Assembly: GCA_963666285.1 (NCBI GenBank)
Contig: OY762711.1
DNA from: Sedimentisphaerales bacterium
GTDB taxonomy: Bacteria; Planctomycetota; Phycisphaerae; Sedimentisphaerales; SM23-30
Direction: 5' to 3' (one strand)
DNA length: 64,000 bases
Shown: piece after piece, positions 60,070 through 64,000 of the stretch
Layout: each line of letters starts with the position of its first letter
Position numbering within the stretch: position 1 is the stretch's first letter
Position numbers and translations under genes: made by a program
The notes under the pieces: generated by a model
The model's input: only the letters and a program-made list of their open reading frames with translations
Databases searched by the model: none
What the model was told of the DNA's origin: nothing

Positions 60070-62178
60070 ATGTTTAGAAGAAGAAGGTTATTGTTAGTGG
60101 TATTGATTTCTCTGGTTCCTTCGGTATTATATGGTCAGGAAGCCGACTCTGATGATTTTATGGATATTTCCCTGGAAGAGCTGGTAGAGATAGATGTTTC
60201 ATCAGCTGGTTTCTTCACAACTACGACTAATAAAGCTCCGGGTACAATTATGGTTTATGACATGGAGGACATTGAACATGCTCCAATCAGAACATTATCA
60301 GATATGTTTGATCAGTATATACCGGGAGCGATATCAGGTGCTCATGAACGTCAGGGGCGTCTGATAGGTACTCGCGGGCTGATGATAGATAATAATGCCA
60401 AGACGCTGGTAATGTGGGACGGTCAGCAGATTAATTGTCGTTCTCATTTTGGCTATATGATTGGCATGTTGTCACCTATGATGGGTGATATTTCAAAGAT
60501 CGAAGTAATTCACGGACCTGGAGCTATTATGCATGGCTCAGGTGCAATTAACGGCTTTGTAAATATGGTTCCTAAAACCGGCCTGACTCACCAGGGAGGA
60601 TTTCTGAGCTATGAATACGGCATAAAAGAGAAGTCGAATCTATTAGAAGGTGGTTATGGCTATAAGTATGGTGATAACAGAGGTTTATATGTTTATGGCG
60701 GTAAGCTGAGAGCGGTAGGTTTTTCCCCGGATGAAACCTGGGGTGAGAGCAAAGAATATATCGGCGATGTAAGTGCCTGGGGTTTTCAGGAGTCAAACTA
60801 TCGCGTATCTACTACCTGGAATCATGACAACTTCAGTATGAATTTCTTTACCTATGAACTTAATCCGCAGAAAAACAGTCTGCATGAATTTGGCTATTTT
60901 AAGAATGAAACCATGGCAGTGCGTCCCAAATATATTGTTGAACTGAACGATACCGACAAGGTCGAGCTATCAGCATCGTTCTTATGGATGGATTTTGGCG
61001 ATATTGGAGCTAATGGCCAGACAGCGAATGTAATTGGTGGGTCAGAAAGGCATTGGGATACCAAGGCGGTGTATAAGACTACCAGGTTTGACAATCACCA
61101 GCTGGCTGTTGGTGGATTATTTGGAAAGAAAGAATTTCGCGGCTCGCAATTTTATTTTGCGGCTGATCCTCCGGAAGGATTTGAATCACTTGATACCAGA
61201 TGGGAAGAATCAAGTATGTTTGCTGAAGATGTAATATCAATAACAGATCAATTGACTTTGAGTTTTGGAATTAGATACGATCAGTATCATCTGGATCCGA
61301 TTCAGAATATGTCATATGTCGGAGATATCCCTGATCCGGAGCCGGGGAAAATACCTGGACACACCTCGCCTAGAATAGCTTTAGCGTATGAATTTGATGA
61401 ACAGACTGTCGTAAAGGCGTCATATCAGCATGGTTTCCGGATGCCGGATGCAGCATATTATAACTGGAATCAGGTTAATAATGCCGCGGCATCGGCCTTA
61501 GGCTTTTCCAATTCACCTGCGTTGAAGCCCGAAGAGCTGGATTCGTATGAGATAAACCTTTATAAAGTATTGACTAACAAGCTTTCTATGAATGTAAATG
61601 CATATTATAATGTATTCAAAGACCAGTTAGCCTGGGGTGACTTGAGTGCATACTGGACTGATGCCGAGATAGCAGCGATGAATGACTGGACACCGGCCTC
61701 CAGCTGGGGCTGGGAAGGCGGTATGTTCCAGAATAACGAAGGTGATTTTGCTGTTTATGGTGCAGAGTTAATGGTTGATTATGACCTGACCGATAACGCA
61801 GCACTGGAAGTAAGTTATGGTTATGCCAAGGCTGAGAATGATTGTATCGAGCAGCATTATCCACCGCATTTGATCAAGACCAGGCTTGATACCAGATGGA
61901 TGGAAGATAAATTGGTAGTCAGTATGAATTATGTCTATAATTCAAAATATACAACAGATATAAATCCAATTATGAACAGTCTTTATGAAGATACTCGAGA
62001 TATATTCAATATAGCAGCATCATACCAGGTAAATCCCAATTTCAGGATAAAGGGCGAAATTCATAATATGTTTGGTGATGCAACTCCGCCGGCATCATTC
62101 CGGTCTAATGTGCCATATTGGGGTAACGTTGGTTATGCCGAGCCGAGGTATTATTTGTCAGCCGAGCTGACATTCTAG
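60070..62178 (+). CDS. TonB-dependent receptor
   Basis: DISLEELVEIDV N-terminus, plug 'IEVIHGPGA..HGSGAINGFVN', RYD, LKPE, terminal F. Confidence 0.92.
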   Translation: MFRRRRLLLVVLISLVPSVLYGQEADSDDFMDISLEELVEIDVSSAGFFTTTTNKAPGTIMVYDMEDIEHAPIRTLSDMFDQYIPGAISGAHERQGRLIGTRGLMIDNNAKTLVMWDGQQINCRSHFGYMIGMLSPMMGDISKIEVIHGPGAIMHGSGAINGFVNMVPKTGLTHQGGFLSYEYGIKEKSNLLEGGYGYKYGDNRGLYVYGGKLRAVGFSPDETWGESKEYIGDVSAWGFQESNYRVSTTWNHDNFSMNFFTYELNPQKNSLHEFGYFKNETMAVRPKYIVELNDTDKVELSASFLWMDFGDIGANGQTANVIGGSERHWDTKAVYKTTRFDNHQLAVGGLFGKKEFRGSQFYFAADPPEGFESLDTRWEESSMFAEDVISITDQLTLSFGIRYDQYHLDPIQNMSYVGDIPDPEPGKIPGHTSPRIALAYEFDEQTVVKASYQHGFRMPDAAYYNWNQVNNAAASALGFSNSPALKPEELDSYEINLYKVLTNKLSMNVNAYYNVFKDQLAWGDLSAYWTDAEIAAMNDWTPASSWGWEGGMFQNNEGDFAVYGAELMVDYDLTDNAALEVSYGYAKAENDCIEQHYPPHLIKTRLDTRWMEDKLVVSMNYVYNSKYTTDINPIMNSLYEDTRDIFNIAASYQVNPNFRIKGEIHNMFGDATPPASFRSNVPYWGNVGYAEPRYYLSAELTF

Positions 62179-62298
62179 AGATACAGCTGGGTTTTAGCTG
62201 GCAGATAGTTAAAACTATATCTGCATTTAAGTTAAGTAAATAAAGCGTGTTATGAGTAGTTGTGTAGTATGGGGCTGCTTGTAATACGCTTTTTTCTA

Positions 62299-62844
62299 TT
62301 AGGTGTAGTTGTTATATGAAGTGATTTCTTCTATTGGTTTTCGGTTTTTGGCGGATGGCTGTGCTGCTGGTGGATGGCCCAAAGTTATGATAAGCTCAAC
62401 TCTTTTATTGGCTGGTACTTGCAGCATTTTTTTAATTGGTTTTTCTTTGAACCAGCCGATCAAGCATGTGCCGAGGTTAAGTTCGGCGGCCTGCAGGCAG
62501 AAGTGTTCAGCTGCGATAGCTATGTCCATTTGTGAGAAGGCTTTGCGTTTGATTATGCCGCCGAGTTTAGCGGTTAATTTCTGCCGTTGTGATACTACGG
62601 CGACTAGTACCGGTGCAAGATGTGCAAATCCGTTCATAGCTAATGCTTTGTCAGATATGCAGTTAGCTAGTTTTTCTTTTAGCTCCGGCCGGTCAATTAT
62701 AATGAATTTCCAGGGTTGTGAGTTACATGCCGAGGGTGCAAGCCGGGCGGCTTCGATGCACTTGACGATATCTTCTTTATTGACAGGGGTTTCCTTATAG
62801 TATCGGCAGCTGAATCGTTTGTTGGCAAGTTCGAGAAAGTCCAT
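62299..62844 (-). CDS. Nitroreductase family protein
   Basis: RFSCRYY, ARLAPSACNSQPW, LGTCLIG. Confidence 0.95.
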   Translation of the reverse strand: MDFLELANKRFSCRYYKETPVNKEDIVKCIEAARLAPSACNSQPWKFIIIDRPELKEKLANCISDKALAMNGFAHLAPVLVAVVSQRQKLTAKLGGIIKRKAFSQMDIAIAAEHFCLQAAELNLGTCLIGWFKEKPIKKMLQVPANKRVELIITLGHPPAAQPSAKNRKPIEEITSYNNYT

Positions 62845-62992
62845 GGTGGTATTATAATGCGGTTGGCGGGGTGAGTCTATAGGTGATTTAACCTTTTTCG
62901 GTTATTGAATTTAGAGAATGATTGGAATATAATTTCTATCTCTGTAGCAGTTACCAGATATATATAGCAGGCTTGACAGAAAGAAATCTAAA

Positions 62993-64000
62993 ATGGACCG
63001 CAACCTATTTGCAGATATAGCTTTATCGTATGTTCCACATGCACTTACATTGATCGACAGGAACCCTTACAGCCCGACTTACGGCTGCTGTGACCGTGAA
63101 TACTGGCATTATCGAACGCTGGATTTTCCGTGCGGGATGGCGCAGGAGCATGTGCTGACGCTGGCGATGCTGTATGTTACCGATGTGCCGGGCAATAAGT
63201 GGTATAAGTGTAATCGGATAAAGGAGTTGTCGATAGCAGCAATGCGGTTCGCGATAACCGGCTCGCATAAGGACGGTACCTGTGATGACTACTATCCGTA
63301 CGAGCGGGCAATGGGAGCGTTGGCGTTCTCAACTTATGCAATAGCAGAGAGTTATCAGCTTTTGGAAGTTGAAGATGATGAGATTGTCGGACTGCTGCGT
63401 AAGCGTGCTGATCATTTGCTGGGCCATAATGAGACAGGGCAATTGAGTAACCACCAGGCGCTGGCGGCGCTGGTACTACAGACAGTATATGAAGTTACAG
63501 GCGATGAGCGGTATCGTGCCGGGGCGAAGGAGCGGGTAGAGCTGACGCTGAGCTGGCAGAATAAAGACGAGGGCTGGTTCCAGGAGTATGAAGGGGCTGA
63601 CAGCGGCTATCTTACTTGTACAATTGACTTTATGTCGAAATATTATCAGAAGAGCGGAGACGAAAGTGTGGTTGAACCGCTGAAGAAGGCGGTTGATTTC
63701 TGTCGGAATTTCATGCATCCGGACGGCAGCTATGGTGGTGAGTATAATAGCCGGAATACGTATCATTATTATCCGCATGGTTTTGAGATAATTGCGAAGG
63801 TTTGTCCGGCAGCGGCATGGATGAATGATCGGTGGCTGGAGGGAGCGGCTAATGGAAAACGGTATTATAACGACGATAGCCGGATGATCGGACACCTGAT
63901 ACATAACATGCTGGCGGCGTATCGCGACTGGTATGAAGTGAGGCCGGGGGCCGGTGATTGCGAGCTAACGGATGGTGTGCGGTGGTATCGCGGCGCTGAG
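62993..64000 (+). CDS. Conserved hypothetical protein, truncated by the window end and absent from the ORF track
   Basis: ATG at 62993: MDRNLFADIALSYVPHALTLIDRNPYSPTYGCCDREYWHYRTLDFP...SNHQA...EGWFQEYEGADSGY...HPDGSYGGEYNSRNT; appears open to the end. Confidence 0.85.
   Translation, partial: MDRNLFADIALSYVPHALTLIDRNPYSPTYGCCDREYWHYRTLDFPCGMAQEHVLTLAMLYVTDVPGNKWYKCNRIKELSIAAMRFAITGSHKDGTCDDYYPYERAMGALAFSTYAIAESYQLLEVEDDEIVGLLRKRADHLLGHNETGQLSNHQALAALVLQTVYEVTGDERYRAGAKERVELTLSWQNKDEGWFQEYEGADSGYLTCTIDFMSKYYQKSGDESVVEPLKKAVDFCRNFMHPDGSYGGEYNSRNTYHYYPHGFEIIAKVCPAAAWMNDRWLEGAANGKRYYNDDSRMIGHLIHNMLAAYRDWYEVRPGAGDCELTDGVRWYRGAE

Overview
Bacterial chromosomal window, by inference from a Planctomycetota (Phycisphaerae/Sedimentisphaerales-like) organism: it carries a planctomycete-type dockerin, DUF4159 and this flagellar gene order. 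From 1 to 6.4 kb lie an antitoxin, argC, polA and a GAF-GGDEF cyclase. From 6.9 to 30.8 kb is a large flagellar cluster: MerR-HTH, TPR, flgN, a FleS/FleR-like pair, flgBC-fliEFGHIJ-motE-fliK-flgDE-flbD-motAB-fliL-fliNOPQ, with two near-identical sigma54 promoters. The cluster stops abruptly at a 1.7 kb non-coding field of small hairpins and repeats. Next come an Otr-like 10-heme cytochrome with an inserted dockerin, ppdK with a long structured leader, two XRE-cupin paralogs, tsaB and rpmB. Then an ECF sigma/anti-sigma operon with a secreted RG/Met/CxxC tandem-repeat protein, a porin, a Cys-rich secreted protein and assorted metabolic genes. The best finding is the lipoprotein ORF 51964->50564 (-). 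It apparently does not end at its TGA: the TGA is followed by a bacterial SECIS-like hairpin and 43 more in-frame codons (YG-U-GGLC motif), which points to an unannotated selenoprotein. Three candidate structured non-coding RNAs are also flagged. No rRNA, tRNA, CRISPR array or transposase was recognised. All calls are by eye, with no database searches.
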